Origin: a virus
Taxonomy: Duplodnaviria > Caudoviricetes
Reading direction: 5' to 3' (one strand)
IMG/VR virus record: IMGVR_UViG_3300018074_000005
Span: 1-53,117 of that record
Length of the DNA stretch: 53,117 bases
Shown here piece by piece: positions 38,259 to 47,615 of this stretch (position 1 is its first letter; every line of letters starts with the position of its first letter). The position numbers were made by a program, and so were the translations under genes. Below the pieces are notes generated by a model. It was not told the origin of the DNA and searched no databases. It saw nothing but the letters and a program-made list of their open reading frames with translations.

Positions 38259-38779
38259 TGAGAAGTGTGCGAGAATTAGCGGGCAAACTGGCGCTGCTCA
38301 TTGGGCTGGTGCTGGTGACGATGGCACCCTCACCGCCGTATCTGGGCCAGCAAGTCGATGGTAATCGAAACAGTCTGGGTAGTGCAGCAAACCCACCGGC
38401 GGCTACCTTGTTTGACAAGACGGGAACGGCGATCGATGCGGGCAACCCCTTGCCGGTAAGCGCCGCCATTATAGCGGCGTGCAAAAAGGTCGTGGTGAAC
38501 GGGAGTGGTGTAGCAGGCGCTGACATCACGATCGATTCCACCGCTGGAGGCATCGTGGTGCTGGCGGCGAATGCGACTCAGTGCGCGTTCGACATCCGCA
38601 ACAGCGGCACCGCCCCGATGCGCTGCTGTCCTTCGACGCTGACTTGTTCTTCGACCGCTGGCTTTCTGCTCAATCAGGGCGAAGACCTCAAAGCCGGACT
38701 CGAAGGACAGGAAGCCTGGAAATGTATTCGCACCACGGGCACCTCGACGACGGCCAACGTGGCGCAGGCCACACCATGA
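38258..38779 (+). CDS. Small beta-rich structural-like protein with hydrophobic leader (paralog family A)
   Basis: KLALLIGLVLVTMA leader; VLAANA...IRNSG...GFLLN. Confidence 0.65.
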   Translation: MRSVRELAGKLALLIGLVLVTMAPSPPYLGQQVDGNRNSLGSAANPPAATLFDKTGTAIDAGNPLPVSAAIIAACKKVVVNGSGVAGADITIDSTAGGIVVLAANATQCAFDIRNSGTAPMRCCPSTLTCSSTAGFLLNQGEDLKAGLEGQEAWKCIRTTGTSTTANVAQATP

Positions 38780-39894
38780 TTAGAAGACTATTTCTAGCGA
38801 TTGCATTATTCGCTTGTCTTGGGTTAGGAGTGGATGGGAATAGACCCCCCTCACCACTAGCAGATAATCGCATCGTTAATCCTGGCATGCAGATTGACCA
38901 ACGTCATGAAGGTACGTCGGTCGCAATAGCAACGGGTAACTTTGCGCTTATTTCTGATCAGTGGTTTGTTACCTTTCAAGGGTCAGCTACAGGTATAACT
39001 GCACAACGAGTGGCAGACGCACCAGCGGGCTTCGCATACAGTGAGAAAGTAACGGTCGGTGTTGGTAGTGCAGTAATAGCGGCCACTGATGAACTCTACT
39101 ATACACAGGATTTAGAGACCGACAATGTTAAGGATTTTAAACTTGGCACTGCGAGTGCAGCGACAGTTTCCTGTTCATTTTGGGTCAAATCAAATATTAC
39201 AGGTACCTTTGGGTTTCAATTTACTAACAGTGCGCTCGATCGTTCATATGTAGCTATCTTTACTATTACTGATGCCAATACGTGGCAACAGGTCAAACTC
39301 AATGGAGTCGTGTTAGATACAACGGGTAGTTGGAGTGGTTCGATCGGATTGGTAATTAATATTGTATTAATGGCAGGGTCGGATTTACGAGGTGCATTAG
39401 GTTGGCAGGCCGGTGATATTGGGACTACCAGCGCGCAGACCAATCTCGCTGCGACCAGTGGCAATACATTTCAGCTTACGGGTGTAAAGCTGGCAGTTGA
39501 GCCGGTCGCGACGGTGCTGGTGCCGCGTTCATATACAGAAGAGTTGCTGCTATGTGAACGTTACTATTGGAAGACCTTTCTCGAAGGAACTGTCCCGGCA
39601 CAAAGCGCCGGTGTTGCAGGCTCCCTACAAACCAAGAATCCGATTGCGCTGGGGGATCCTTCGATTCTCGTGATGTTTCCGGTCAAGATGGCTTACGCGC
39701 CCGTTATCACGACGTACAATCCTAGTGCTGGGAATGCGAATTGGCGCAACATTACGGCGGCCGCTGACGCTACAGTGAGCGTTGATCCTGGAAGCGCAGT
39801 CAGCACCACAAGTGCGCTCATCGCGACGAGTGGAACGGTGACGACGTTAGGCAATATTCTCGCTATTCATTTGACTGCGGATGCAGGGCTATGA
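38776..39894 (+). CDS. Tail fibre/carbohydrate-binding-like protein with signal-peptide-like leader
   Basis: MIRRLFLAIALFACLGLG; NRIVNPGMQIDQR...SFWVKS...TGVKL...EELLLCERYYWK, a phage tail-fibre motif set. Confidence 0.75.
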   Translation: MIRRLFLAIALFACLGLGVDGNRPPSPLADNRIVNPGMQIDQRHEGTSVAIATGNFALISDQWFVTFQGSATGITAQRVADAPAGFAYSEKVTVGVGSAVIAATDELYYTQDLETDNVKDFKLGTASAATVSCSFWVKSNITGTFGFQFTNSALDRSYVAIFTITDANTWQQVKLNGVVLDTTGSWSGSIGLVINIVLMAGSDLRGALGWQAGDIGTTSAQTNLAATSGNTFQLTGVKLAVEPVATVLVPRSYTEELLLCERYYWKTFLEGTVPAQSAGVAGSLQTKNPIALGDPSILVMFPVKMAYAPVITTYNPSAGNANWRNITAAADATVSVDPGSAVSTTSALIATSGTVTTLGNILAIHLTADAGL

Positions 39895-40466
39895 AGCGTC
39901 TGATCGCATTGATCCTCGCGAGCGTGCTGTTTGCGCTCGGTGATGTTGGGCGTGCAGATTCCGTCACCGTATATCCAACAGGTCGCACCGAGAGTTACAG
40001 CTCGTGTGCGACGGATGTGCCCGCTCCGGTCAATGACCAGCCCTGTTTTCAGACGTCTGATCATACTTGGTATTACTATGTCGCTGTTTCAACCAGTTGG
40101 ACAGCGATGGGTAGCAGCGTTCTGACCGCGACGAGGATCATCCAACCGCCCAATATCCAGATAATTTCGACGGGGACGGGGACAGTTTCCTTTGCGACCG
40201 GCGATTTTCAGAAGGTGACACTGGCGAGTTCTTCGACGATTACGCTGTCGGGCGCGACCACGGGGCAGAGTCTGATCGTGAAGCTGGTGCAGGATGCGAC
40301 CGGCGGGCGCCTGGTCACATGGACGGCGGGGACGGACACGATCGCGTGGCTCAACGGGATCGCGCCGACGCTGACCGCGACGCCGAGCAAGGCGGACATC
40401 ATCGGGTTCATCTACGACAATGGTACGTACTCGCAGACCGGATTCGCCCCGAACGAGACTCCATAG
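39891..40466 (+). CDS. Tail-fibre-like protein with signal-peptide-like leader
   Basis: MKRLIALILASVLFALGDVGRA; LVQDATGGRLVTW...PTLTATPSKADIIGF. Confidence 0.75.
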   Translation: MKRLIALILASVLFALGDVGRADSVTVYPTGRTESYSSCATDVPAPVNDQPCFQTSDHTWYYYVAVSTSWTAMGSSVLTATRIIQPPNIQIISTGTGTVSFATGDFQKVTLASSSTITLSGATTGQSLIVKLVQDATGGRLVTWTAGTDTIAWLNGIAPTLTATPSKADIIGFIYDNGTYSQTGFAPNETP

Positions 40467-41327
40467 ATGAAGTCTGCGATAGGCAGGAACAAGCTGGCGC
40501 TGCTGGTGACACTGGTGGCGGTGAGCTGCGCCCTCAACGAAATAGCGGAGGCGCGGCCGTTCCCGGTTTTCGTGCCGGGGGCCGCAATCCCCACTCCTAC
40601 GCCGACCGCGACCCCGACTGCAACCGTGACTCCAACTGCAACTCCTACGGCCACCGCAACCGCCACGCCGACGGCAACCGCTACCCCTTCCGCGATTACC
40701 CTGGTCAGTCCTTGCCAGACGGGCAGCGCCGGCGCAGTCGGAGCACTTACGATCTCCAAACCGGCCGGAGTGGTAGCCGGCGACGTGCTGGTAGCCTTTA
40801 CTTGGGTCCGCAAGAGTCCGATCCCCACCATTACCGATCCAACTGGCTGGATTCAGGACGACACTATTGACGGAGGGACAAGTTCGACGCTGGGACGAGG
40901 CCGCACGCTTCACCATGTAGTGGATGGAACCGAAGGGGTCAGTTTCAGTTGGGGCTACAGCGCCAATTCCACCGTTACCGGCGGGGCGATCTGTGCCTAC
41001 CGCAACGTCAACCCAACTACGCCAATTGATGTTCACTCGATCAACACCGCCGCGGTCAGTCCGCCGACCGCACTTGGTGTTACAACTACCGTCAGCAATG
41101 ATCAACTAGTGATCAGTTTCGCCGACGAGATCGCGCTGGTGACGCCGGTCACTCCGGCTGGCTTCACCTTGCAGTGGGACAACAGCGATACGGTCAATAC
41201 TCAGGAAACCTGGGGTTACGACAAGGCGCTTGGCGCGGCGCCTGTCACAACCGGCAACCAAACCTCGGGGTCCAGCAGCACCAACAGGTGGTTCGCCGCT
41301 CAAGTGGCTCTCAGGCCGATAATATGA
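40467..41327 (+). CDS. Secreted-type protein with TP linker and beta domain
   Basis: Leader ending AEA; (TPTA)n linker; ISKPAGVVAGDVLVA...PTGW. Confidence 0.75.
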   Translation: MKSAIGRNKLALLVTLVAVSCALNEIAEARPFPVFVPGAAIPTPTPTATPTATVTPTATPTATATATPTATATPSAITLVSPCQTGSAGAVGALTISKPAGVVAGDVLVAFTWVRKSPIPTITDPTGWIQDDTIDGGTSSTLGRGRTLHHVVDGTEGVSFSWGYSANSTVTGGAICAYRNVNPTTPIDVHSINTAAVSPPTALGVTTTVSNDQLVISFADEIALVTPVTPAGFTLQWDNSDTVNTQETWGYDKALGAAPVTTGNQTSGSSSTNRWFAAQVALRPII

Positions 41328-41410
41328 ATTCCAGTAGCGACGCCGATTGGAACACCAACTCCGTTGGCCGCCAGCCTGACGGCTCTGCGCGAACTGAAGG
41401 ATGAGGTGCA

Positions 41411-43000
41411 GTGATGAAACGAGGATGGATGCTGTTGACAGTGCTGGCGCTATGGGCAGGCTGCGCGTTGGGCGCGGTAACTCAACTGCTGCCAGGCCAG
41501 AAAGCGTATGTGAAGTGCGCGCCGCCGGGGAGGGACCTTGGGACGATTATTCTGAATCCTGGTGATACGCTCATCTGCGGCACGCCGGCGGCAGGCGGAC
41601 CTACGCCGACTCGTACTGCCAGCCCGACTAGAACCGCGACACCGACGCGCACGGCAACACCAACCGCTAGTGCCACGCCGGTCCCTACCATAGTCCCGAC
41701 TGGCAGCCCTGCGACCCAGAGCCGGACACCGACTGCCTCCCCGCTGCCGACGCCCGTGCCGACTCCGACCGTGATCGCCGGTACGGCTTACTTCGTCGAT
41801 AACTCGATTGCCTGCTCGGATACGAGCGCAGGAACCAGTCCGGCGGCGCCGTGGTGTAGCGTCGCCAAGGCGATGGCCAAGCAAGCATCGCTGGCGCCCG
41901 GCGACGGCATTCTGTTCAAGTGCGGCGATGTATGGAACGAGCAGTTCAACCTCGCCAACATCCACGGTTCGGTCGGGCGTCCGGTCATCATCGGCCACTA
42001 CGGCAGCAACTGCGTCCTGCCCAACCGGACCTACACGGCGACTCTGCCGACCCTCAATGGCGGCAGCACCCGCAAGCATGGCTTCTACGCTGATAACTCC
42101 GGCGTGAGCTATGTGACGATCGACGGCTTCAATATTCACGACACGACGCTGGGCGGGATCGTGATTAACGCCAGCGGCAGCAACATGCCCGGCATCACCA
42201 TCGAGAACAACCTCGTGCATCAGGTCGGGCCGGGCGCGTGCGCGGGTTGCGGGACTCCCAGTGACCCTGGAGGTGGCTCGCAGTATGGGGAGAATCCAGG
42301 CATCGGCTTCTCGGACTTTGGCACCAAGCCCGTCTCCAACGGCGTGCATATCCTCAACAACACGGTGTGGGACACCGGCGGACACAACACGCTCAGAATC
42401 CATTACGACAGCAGCCCCGATGTGCTCGTATCGGGGAACTTGGTCGGTCCCGGCTGCCTGCACAACTGCATGGACACCAAAGGGATCAACGGGACGGTCT
42501 CGAACAACATCGCCACCTGTCCTGAGAGTTCGGCACGTGGTGAGCAATGTGGTTCGGGGACCGCTGGTGTCTACAGCGAGAACACCTATGTCACAGCAGG
42601 TGTCAGCCCGCGCTGGATCAGCAACGTCATGCACGACATTGCGATCTGTTCGCAGGCCGAGGGCGATTCAGGTCACGCGATGAAGCCGAAGTTCTACAAC
42701 AACACCTGCATCAACCCGTCGAACTATGGGCTGTATTATAAGACCGCCAAGAACGCGGACGTGCAGAAGAATCTGCTCGCGGGGCAGATCGCCTCGACTT
42801 CGGGCAGCTTCGCGACTTGGGACTACAACGACAATTTTGGCGCCAGCGGGAATCCAACCGGAGCCCATGACGTGAGCGTCAATCCGTTGTACGTCAATCC
42901 GGCGGCGGGCGATTTCATGCCGCAGGCCGCATCGCTGCTGGCGGGATGGTCGGTCAGTACGGTGACGGCTTACGACTATCTCGGAGCGGTCGGACCCTGA
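41411..43000 (+). CDS. Right-handed beta-helix (pectin-lyase-like) protein with signal peptide and TP linker; possible depolymerase
   Basis: MMKRGWMLLTVLALWAGCALG; YFVD...GTSPAAPW...LAPGDGILFK; IENN/ILNN repeats; VNPLYVNPAAGDF. Confidence 0.8.
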   Translation: MMKRGWMLLTVLALWAGCALGAVTQLLPGQKAYVKCAPPGRDLGTIILNPGDTLICGTPAAGGPTPTRTASPTRTATPTRTATPTASATPVPTIVPTGSPATQSRTPTASPLPTPVPTPTVIAGTAYFVDNSIACSDTSAGTSPAAPWCSVAKAMAKQASLAPGDGILFKCGDVWNEQFNLANIHGSVGRPVIIGHYGSNCVLPNRTYTATLPTLNGGSTRKHGFYADNSGVSYVTIDGFNIHDTTLGGIVINASGSNMPGITIENNLVHQVGPGACAGCGTPSDPGGGSQYGENPGIGFSDFGTKPVSNGVHILNNTVWDTGGHNTLRIHYDSSPDVLVSGNLVGPGCLHNCMDTKGINGTVSNNIATCPESSARGEQCGSGTAGVYSENTYVTAGVSPRWISNVMHDIAICSQAEGDSGHAMKPKFYNNTCINPSNYGLYYKTAKNADVQKNLLAGQIASTSGSFATWDYNDNFGASGNPTGAHDVSVNPLYVNPAAGDFMPQAASLLAGWSVSTVTAYDYLGAVGP

Positions 43001-43020
43001 ACTGGCCGCATAGGGGAAAC

Positions 43021-43311
43021 ATGGATGATCGGTACGTCACGGAGAGCCTGTTTGAGTGGGTGGTCGGCAGTATTGTGTTGGTCTGGGTCGCCGTGACCGG
43101 CACCTTGTACGCCATGCTCAATTCACGCAGCCGGATTACGCGCAAAGAAGTGGTGGAGATGCTGGGCGCGACCGAACAACGACTCGATAAGCGACTAGAC
43201 GAACAGCGCGACACATTGGGGCAACTGCGCACCGAGTTACAGACAATGGATACCAAGTTGAGTGCGGGGCATGATCGCATCTTGTCGATTTTGCTGGAGC
43301 GGGGTGGCTGA
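43021..43311 (+). CDS. Holin-like protein (one TM plus coiled coil)
   Basis: Hydrophobic helix then coiled coil; directly before the endolysin. Confidence 0.55.
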   Translation: MDDRYVTESLFEWVVGSIVLVWVAVTGTLYAMLNSRSRITRKEVVEMLGATEQRLDKRLDEQRDTLGQLRTELQTMDTKLSAGHDRILSILLERGG

Positions 43312-43790
43312 TGGAGCGCATTCCCAACGGGTGGCAGGAAATCACTGCAACGTATTCGATGCCGGAGCGCGACTTATCCGGCATCATCACTTGGAAATGG
43401 CGGACCGAGAATCTGATGACCATCATCGCGCCGGTTCCGATGCATCTGGCTTGGGGCGGAATTGCGACACGAATCACCTGCCATAAGTTGATCGCGGACC
43501 GGCTGCTGGCGGCTCTGACGGAGTGCGTTCAGACCGGCATGGGCAATTATATCAGCGAAGGCTACGGCGGCTGTTTCGCGGATCGGGCGATACGGGGGGT
43601 ACCGACGAAGCTGTCGTTGCACGCCTTGGGCATCGCGATTGACCTGCGGGTGGCGACTAATCCGCTGGGGGGACCAGCCGAAATGAATCCTGAAGTTGTG
43701 CGCATGTTCGAGAATAATGGTGCCTCTTGGGGCGGCAATTTCACGACTCGAATGGATCCTATGCACTTCCAATTCGCAGCAGGGGCATAG
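43311..43790 (+). CDS. Endolysin, M15-family peptidase
   Basis: YGGCF..RAIRG...LSLHALGIAIDL...WGGNF...DPMHFQ. Confidence 0.92.
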   Translation: MERIPNGWQEITATYSMPERDLSGIITWKWRTENLMTIIAPVPMHLAWGGIATRITCHKLIADRLLAALTECVQTGMGNYISEGYGGCFADRAIRGVPTKLSLHALGIAIDLRVATNPLGGPAEMNPEVVRMFENNGASWGGNFTTRMDPMHFQFAAGA

Positions 43791-43795
43791 AAGCG

Positions 43796-43915
43796 ATGAC
43801 TATGGTTATCGCTCTTGTTGCGGGACTGATGACCGGCGTGGTAATAGGGTTGATGCTCTGGGTTGGAGTCGGCGTCAAGCGGCGTGCAGAGTATCGCGCG
43901 CGACACATGCTGTGA
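43796..43915 (+). CDS. Small membrane peptide (lysis accessory?)
   Basis: One TM followed by a basic tail. Confidence 0.45.
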   Translation: MTMVIALVAGLMTGVVIGLMLWVGVGVKRRAEYRARHML

Positions 43916-43916
43916 A

Positions 43917-45653
43917 ATGCTTGAGCCTTTCGTGCAAAGCGACTTTAGTCTTGGGCTCGTCGCGGTCGTAGGTCGCTACCAGCAACCGCCCAACTCAGTT
44001 TTTCGTCTCTCAAACTTCTTCTACCGCACGCCCGGCGACCTTGAAGTGGTCGATGGCAGCCTAATCGTTACTACCCGCGTCGCACCCGGCCCGACCAACT
44101 CCATCGTCATAATCGCGCCGTTTACGCCGGTCGGCTCAGCTGCGAAGATTCTGGCGCTCCAGTTCAGCGGTGCACAGTACGACCTGATCGACGTAAGCGG
44201 GGCGACTTACAACGCCTCGCTGGCTACGCTGGCGAGCACCTACGCAACGCCTGACCTCGTAATGTTCGCCGGCAAACTCGTGGTCGTGGCGGGTCTGTCA
44301 GTGGTGCCGCAGCTTTGGAACGGGGCGGCGCTGACGCCGATTACCAATAGCTGGACTGCGGCCGGCTACATCCCGCTGTGGCAAGCGGCCCTGCCTGTGC
44401 AGGTCGGCGATGTGATTCAGCCCACGCCTACCAATGGCTTCTTTTACATCTGCGAGCAGGCCGGACTGACGGGCGCTGCGCTACCGGCCTTTCCGGTGGT
44501 AGCAGGAACCGTGGTAGACAACAATGTGATCTGGCGCTTCACCGGCCCCACGACACCAGTGACAGTGCCCAAAGCCGCACACGCCTTCAACCATCTCGAT
44601 TCACTATGGTTATGGGGCACGGATGCCGCAGAGGGGCCGTTTGACGGCCCGAGCTCACTGCGTATGAGCGACACCGGCAACCCCAATTCGTACAACCCCA
44701 TCAACCAGGACTTCATCGGCGTCGGCGATGGGCAGACCGCACAAGGCGGTGCCAGCATGTCGATGGGCGAGTTGGGAATCGCCAGTACACCGACGTTAGT
44801 CCTGTTCAAGGATCGCTCGACCTATGAGATCGTGGGGTCTTTCCCGGTCGCGACTGCGAGCAAGGCCAAGACTGATAAGGGCTGCATCGCGGCGCGCTCG
44901 ATTCAGTTCATCGCCGAGCTCGGCGGCGTCATCCGACTGACGCATCAAGGCTTCGCGCTCTATACGGGGCCGGGCCAGACCGGCGACCAACTCCTAAGTG
45001 AGGTCATCCAGGACTACATTTTCCCCAACAGCTCAGACGTGGCCGCGATCGACTTCACCAACGCCAGTGTGGCGAAGTCAGGCCAGATGGACAACCCGCT
45101 GATGTACCTCTGCGCCGTGCCGATTATCGGGGGCAGCGGCAACCTGACGCGCGTGTTTATCTATTCCATCTTACAGAAGGTGTGGGCCATCGCGGATCTG
45201 CCCTTCAACATCACGGCGCTCAATTTCGTACAGATCCCGAATGTAGCGGCAAAGTTGCTGCTCGGGGACAAGACCGGCGGCAACGTGCGGCGGTGGATGG
45301 CTAACGATAGCGACTTTGATGGCGCGGCGATCTCATGGTCCGTTAGGGGACCGCTGATGCGGGACAAGCGGGGAGCGCCGGTCTACTTCCGGCGGGTGAC
45401 AGTGCAGACCTCCGGCGGTACGCCCACAATCACGAGCGCAACGCTCGACTACGACGACATCGCAACCGCACGTCCCAAAACGCAGGCCGTCACGACAGTG
45501 GCGCCCTATCCGGTGAGTCCGCCGGTCAGTCTATCCCTGGGCATCACGACGCGTGGCGCGCAGATCACCGTCAACGGCAAGGGCAAGACTAAACTTGAGG
45601 CGCTTGAGTGGCATGGTGTGCGCAAGCGGCCGCGTCAGATTGCCGGTGTCTAA
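43917..45653 (+). CDS. Tail nozzle/tubular protein B-like (beta-propeller)
   Basis: About 580 aa; LRMSDTGNPNSY, LVLFKDRSTY, KGCIAARSI motifs typical of podovirus stabilisation proteins. Confidence 0.75.
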   Translation: MLEPFVQSDFSLGLVAVVGRYQQPPNSVFRLSNFFYRTPGDLEVVDGSLIVTTRVAPGPTNSIVIIAPFTPVGSAAKILALQFSGAQYDLIDVSGATYNASLATLASTYATPDLVMFAGKLVVVAGLSVVPQLWNGAALTPITNSWTAAGYIPLWQAALPVQVGDVIQPTPTNGFFYICEQAGLTGAALPAFPVVAGTVVDNNVIWRFTGPTTPVTVPKAAHAFNHLDSLWLWGTDAAEGPFDGPSSLRMSDTGNPNSYNPINQDFIGVGDGQTAQGGASMSMGELGIASTPTLVLFKDRSTYEIVGSFPVATASKAKTDKGCIAARSIQFIAELGGVIRLTHQGFALYTGPGQTGDQLLSEVIQDYIFPNSSDVAAIDFTNASVAKSGQMDNPLMYLCAVPIIGGSGNLTRVFIYSILQKVWAIADLPFNITALNFVQIPNVAAKLLLGDKTGGNVRRWMANDSDFDGAAISWSVRGPLMRDKRGAPVYFRRVTVQTSGGTPTITSATLDYDDIATARPKTQAVTTVAPYPVSPPVSLSLGITTRGAQITVNGKGKTKLEALEWHGVRKRPRQIAGV

Positions 45654-45656
45654 GCG

Positions 45657-46271
45657 ATGCCTCTCCAGCGTGGCGGCAGCTCGACTCTCCCGCCCGATGT
45701 TCAACAGCAGCTCCGTGCATTTCTCGGCACACTAGCCTTCCGCGATAAGGTCGCCTTCGGCGACATCGTAGCCCGCTCGATCACGGCGAGCCACATTCGG
45801 GCCGCGACCATCACAGCCGACCTGATCGTTGCCAACGCAATCTCGCTGGGCGTGACGCTTGATTACGCGCCGGACGTGAATATCACGCCCTATGGGGCTT
45901 GGGTGGACATCGCGACGGGCATCACGCTGTCGATCGCAAAGACGACCGACTTCGTGGTGTTCGCAAACACGATCACGGCGGATGTTGCAAACCTCCAACC
46001 CGGCGGTGACGAGATCGACTTTCGAGTCCGCGAGACGGTGGGTGCGACCACGGTAATCGAGACGCACAACATCGCAACGGCGCAAGCTGGACTCGCTTCA
46101 ACCTACAGCGTCGGCGGCGTGCCGTTCATCTATCTGCTATCCGGTTTCGCGGTGGGGAATATCACGTTGCTGCCGCAGATTCAGCTTATCAACGGATCGG
46201 GATCGGGAACGTTGGCGATGACTACGACGGACACGAAGATTTGGGCATTTTGCCTACGCCAAACAGGCTAG
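45657..46271 (+). CDS. Tail-associated protein
   Basis: ARSITASHIRAATITADLI repeats typical of tail tips. Confidence 0.65.
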   Translation: MPLQRGGSSTLPPDVQQQLRAFLGTLAFRDKVAFGDIVARSITASHIRAATITADLIVANAISLGVTLDYAPDVNITPYGAWVDIATGITLSIAKTTDFVVFANTITADVANLQPGGDEIDFRVRETVGATTVIETHNIATAQAGLASTYSVGGVPFIYLLSGFAVGNITLLPQIQLINGSGSGTLAMTTTDTKIWAFCLRQTG

Positions 46272-46310
46272 CCTTGATTATATACGGAATCTGCGGTAAG
46301 TAATCGCGCC

Positions 46311-46823
46311 ATGGCAATTCTGGGCCTCGACGGTACGCCGATAAAGTATCCGGCTTTTCGCTGCGCGATCGATGTGCAGGGCGAAATTGCGGCTATTTTC
46401 ATGTCCACCGACGCGAACATCCCTGATCAGCGCGCGCCGACCGGATGCTTTTGGGTCGATATCGCGGTTGAGGACTTTCATCGTATCAAGGCGGATCCCC
46501 ATTCCTTCACGCTCGAAGCAGGCGCGCGCGTCGCGACCGTCAAGGCGAAGCAGACGTTGACGCTGAGCGTGAATCGCCACCGCTTCAAGGCGGATGGCGT
46601 TGACGCCGCCAAGCTGACTTGGGACACGACCGAGCCGGTGACCATTTGGGCCAACAACGCCTCTTTGGACGGCGCCTACACTTCGCCCGACACCTACCAG
46701 CCACCCAAAGACGAAAAGACCGGCCTGCCGCGTGTGGGGCCGGTTGTGCTGTGGATTCGGGATGTGCGGCATGTCTCGAATCGGGTAACGGTGGTGTTCG
46801 TAGACCCTGCGGAGGCCGTATGA
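46311..46823 (+). CDS. Hypothetical protein
   Basis: In operon; stop overlaps the next ATG. Confidence 0.6.
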   Translation: MAILGLDGTPIKYPAFRCAIDVQGEIAAIFMSTDANIPDQRAPTGCFWVDIAVEDFHRIKADPHSFTLEAGARVATVKAKQTLTLSVNRHRFKADGVDAAKLTWDTTEPVTIWANNASLDGAYTSPDTYQPPKDEKTGLPRVGPVVLWIRDVRHVSNRVTVVFVDPAEAV

Positions 46824-46932
46824 CCTGTCCAGACTGCGATGGCAGTGGCTCGCTGACGGGAAGGAAATCTTCGCTGGGTTGGTGGTCGGCATGACCTGTC
46901 CAGACTGCGATGGCAGTGGCTCACTGACGGGA
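46820..46932 (+). repeat. 42-bp direct repeat pair flanking a 29-bp insert that is antisense to the tailspike gene
   Basis: Copies at 46820..46861 and 46891..46932 (1 mismatch). 46860..46892 is the exact reverse complement of 52994..53026. Confidence 0.92.
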
Positions 46933-47148
46933 CTTGGATGCGGCCCTCGCGCATCGCGAGTGGTGACGCTGGCTTGCTTTACTTGCTACGGCAGCGGGGA
47001 GATTGACGAGGCTAAAGCCAAGGCGATTGAAGCCGGTGAACAGATGCGCAAGGAACGTGTAGCGCGCGGCTTGAGCCTGCGAGCTGAGGCGCGACGGCTG
47101 GGCATTAAGCCGGGCGTGCTGGCGGATCGTGAACAGGGCCGCAACTGA
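46891..47148 (+). CDS. DnaJ-type Zn finger plus XRE-like HTH protein
   Basis: CPDCDGSG...CFTCYGSG; RVARGLSLRAEARRLGI....LADREQG. Confidence 0.75.
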   Translation: MTCPDCDGSGSLTGLGCGPRASRVVTLACFTCYGSGEIDEAKAKAIEAGEQMRKERVARGLSLRAEARRLGIKPGVLADREQGRN

Positions 47149-47615
47149 TGCCCATTGACTCGACCAAGACTGGGCGGACCTTCCCCGCCACACCCGAGAG
47201 CGTACCGCCGTGGGCGCCGCTGATGGAGGCTGTGCGTGATCTCAAAAAAACACTTGAACAATTCGGCGTCAAAGTTGTAATCGCCTTGGGCGAGCATCAG
47301 CGTGAATTGTCCCGCGCACGCGCTGCCATCGACAACAGTGCTGGGGCCACTACCCGCGCCGCCAAGGCGATCGTGCAGGCGACCGCAATCCATTGTCGGA
47401 AGATCGAGGAACATGGGCGCAAACTTGAGCGGTTCAATATCGGAAGTGAAGCGCGTGTACGGAAGCTGGATTCAGCACGTGTTCAGCCACGTCAGACAGC
47501 TCTCGCAGCCCCAAGACCAGCGCCTGCGCGAAGCCGTCCATTGGCACCTTTACACGATGGACGACAGCAAGGGGGTGCGCCCCGCCCTAGTCGGCGCGTG
47601 CTACGTGGCAGATGA
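47148..47615 (+). CDS. Hypothetical coiled-coil protein (overlaps the next gene by about 200 nt)
   Basis: TGATG coupling; helical first 100 aa. Confidence 0.5.
   Translation: MPIDSTKTGRTFPATPESVPPWAPLMEAVRDLKKTLEQFGVKVVIALGEHQRELSRARAAIDNSAGATTRAAKAIVQATAIHCRKIEEHGRKLERFNIGSEARVRKLDSARVQPRQTALAAPRPAPARSRPLAPLHDGRQQGGAPRPSRRVLRGR

Noticed and set aside
46278-46892. Alternative tail-fibre C-terminus of a Mu-like invertible cassette
   Set aside because: Beyond the first 11 aa the ORF is a shadow of the + strand gene with no fibre-like composition, and no invertase is recognisable.
46820-46932. Bona fide CRISPR array
   Set aside because: Only two repeats, no cas genes, and the repeat encodes the CxxCxGxG start of a protein. 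Kept as a repeat and a finding instead.
47241-47252. Programmed frameshift at an A7 run fusing 47148 to the prenyl synthase
   Set aside because: A TAA at 47278 closes the synthase frame downstream of the run.
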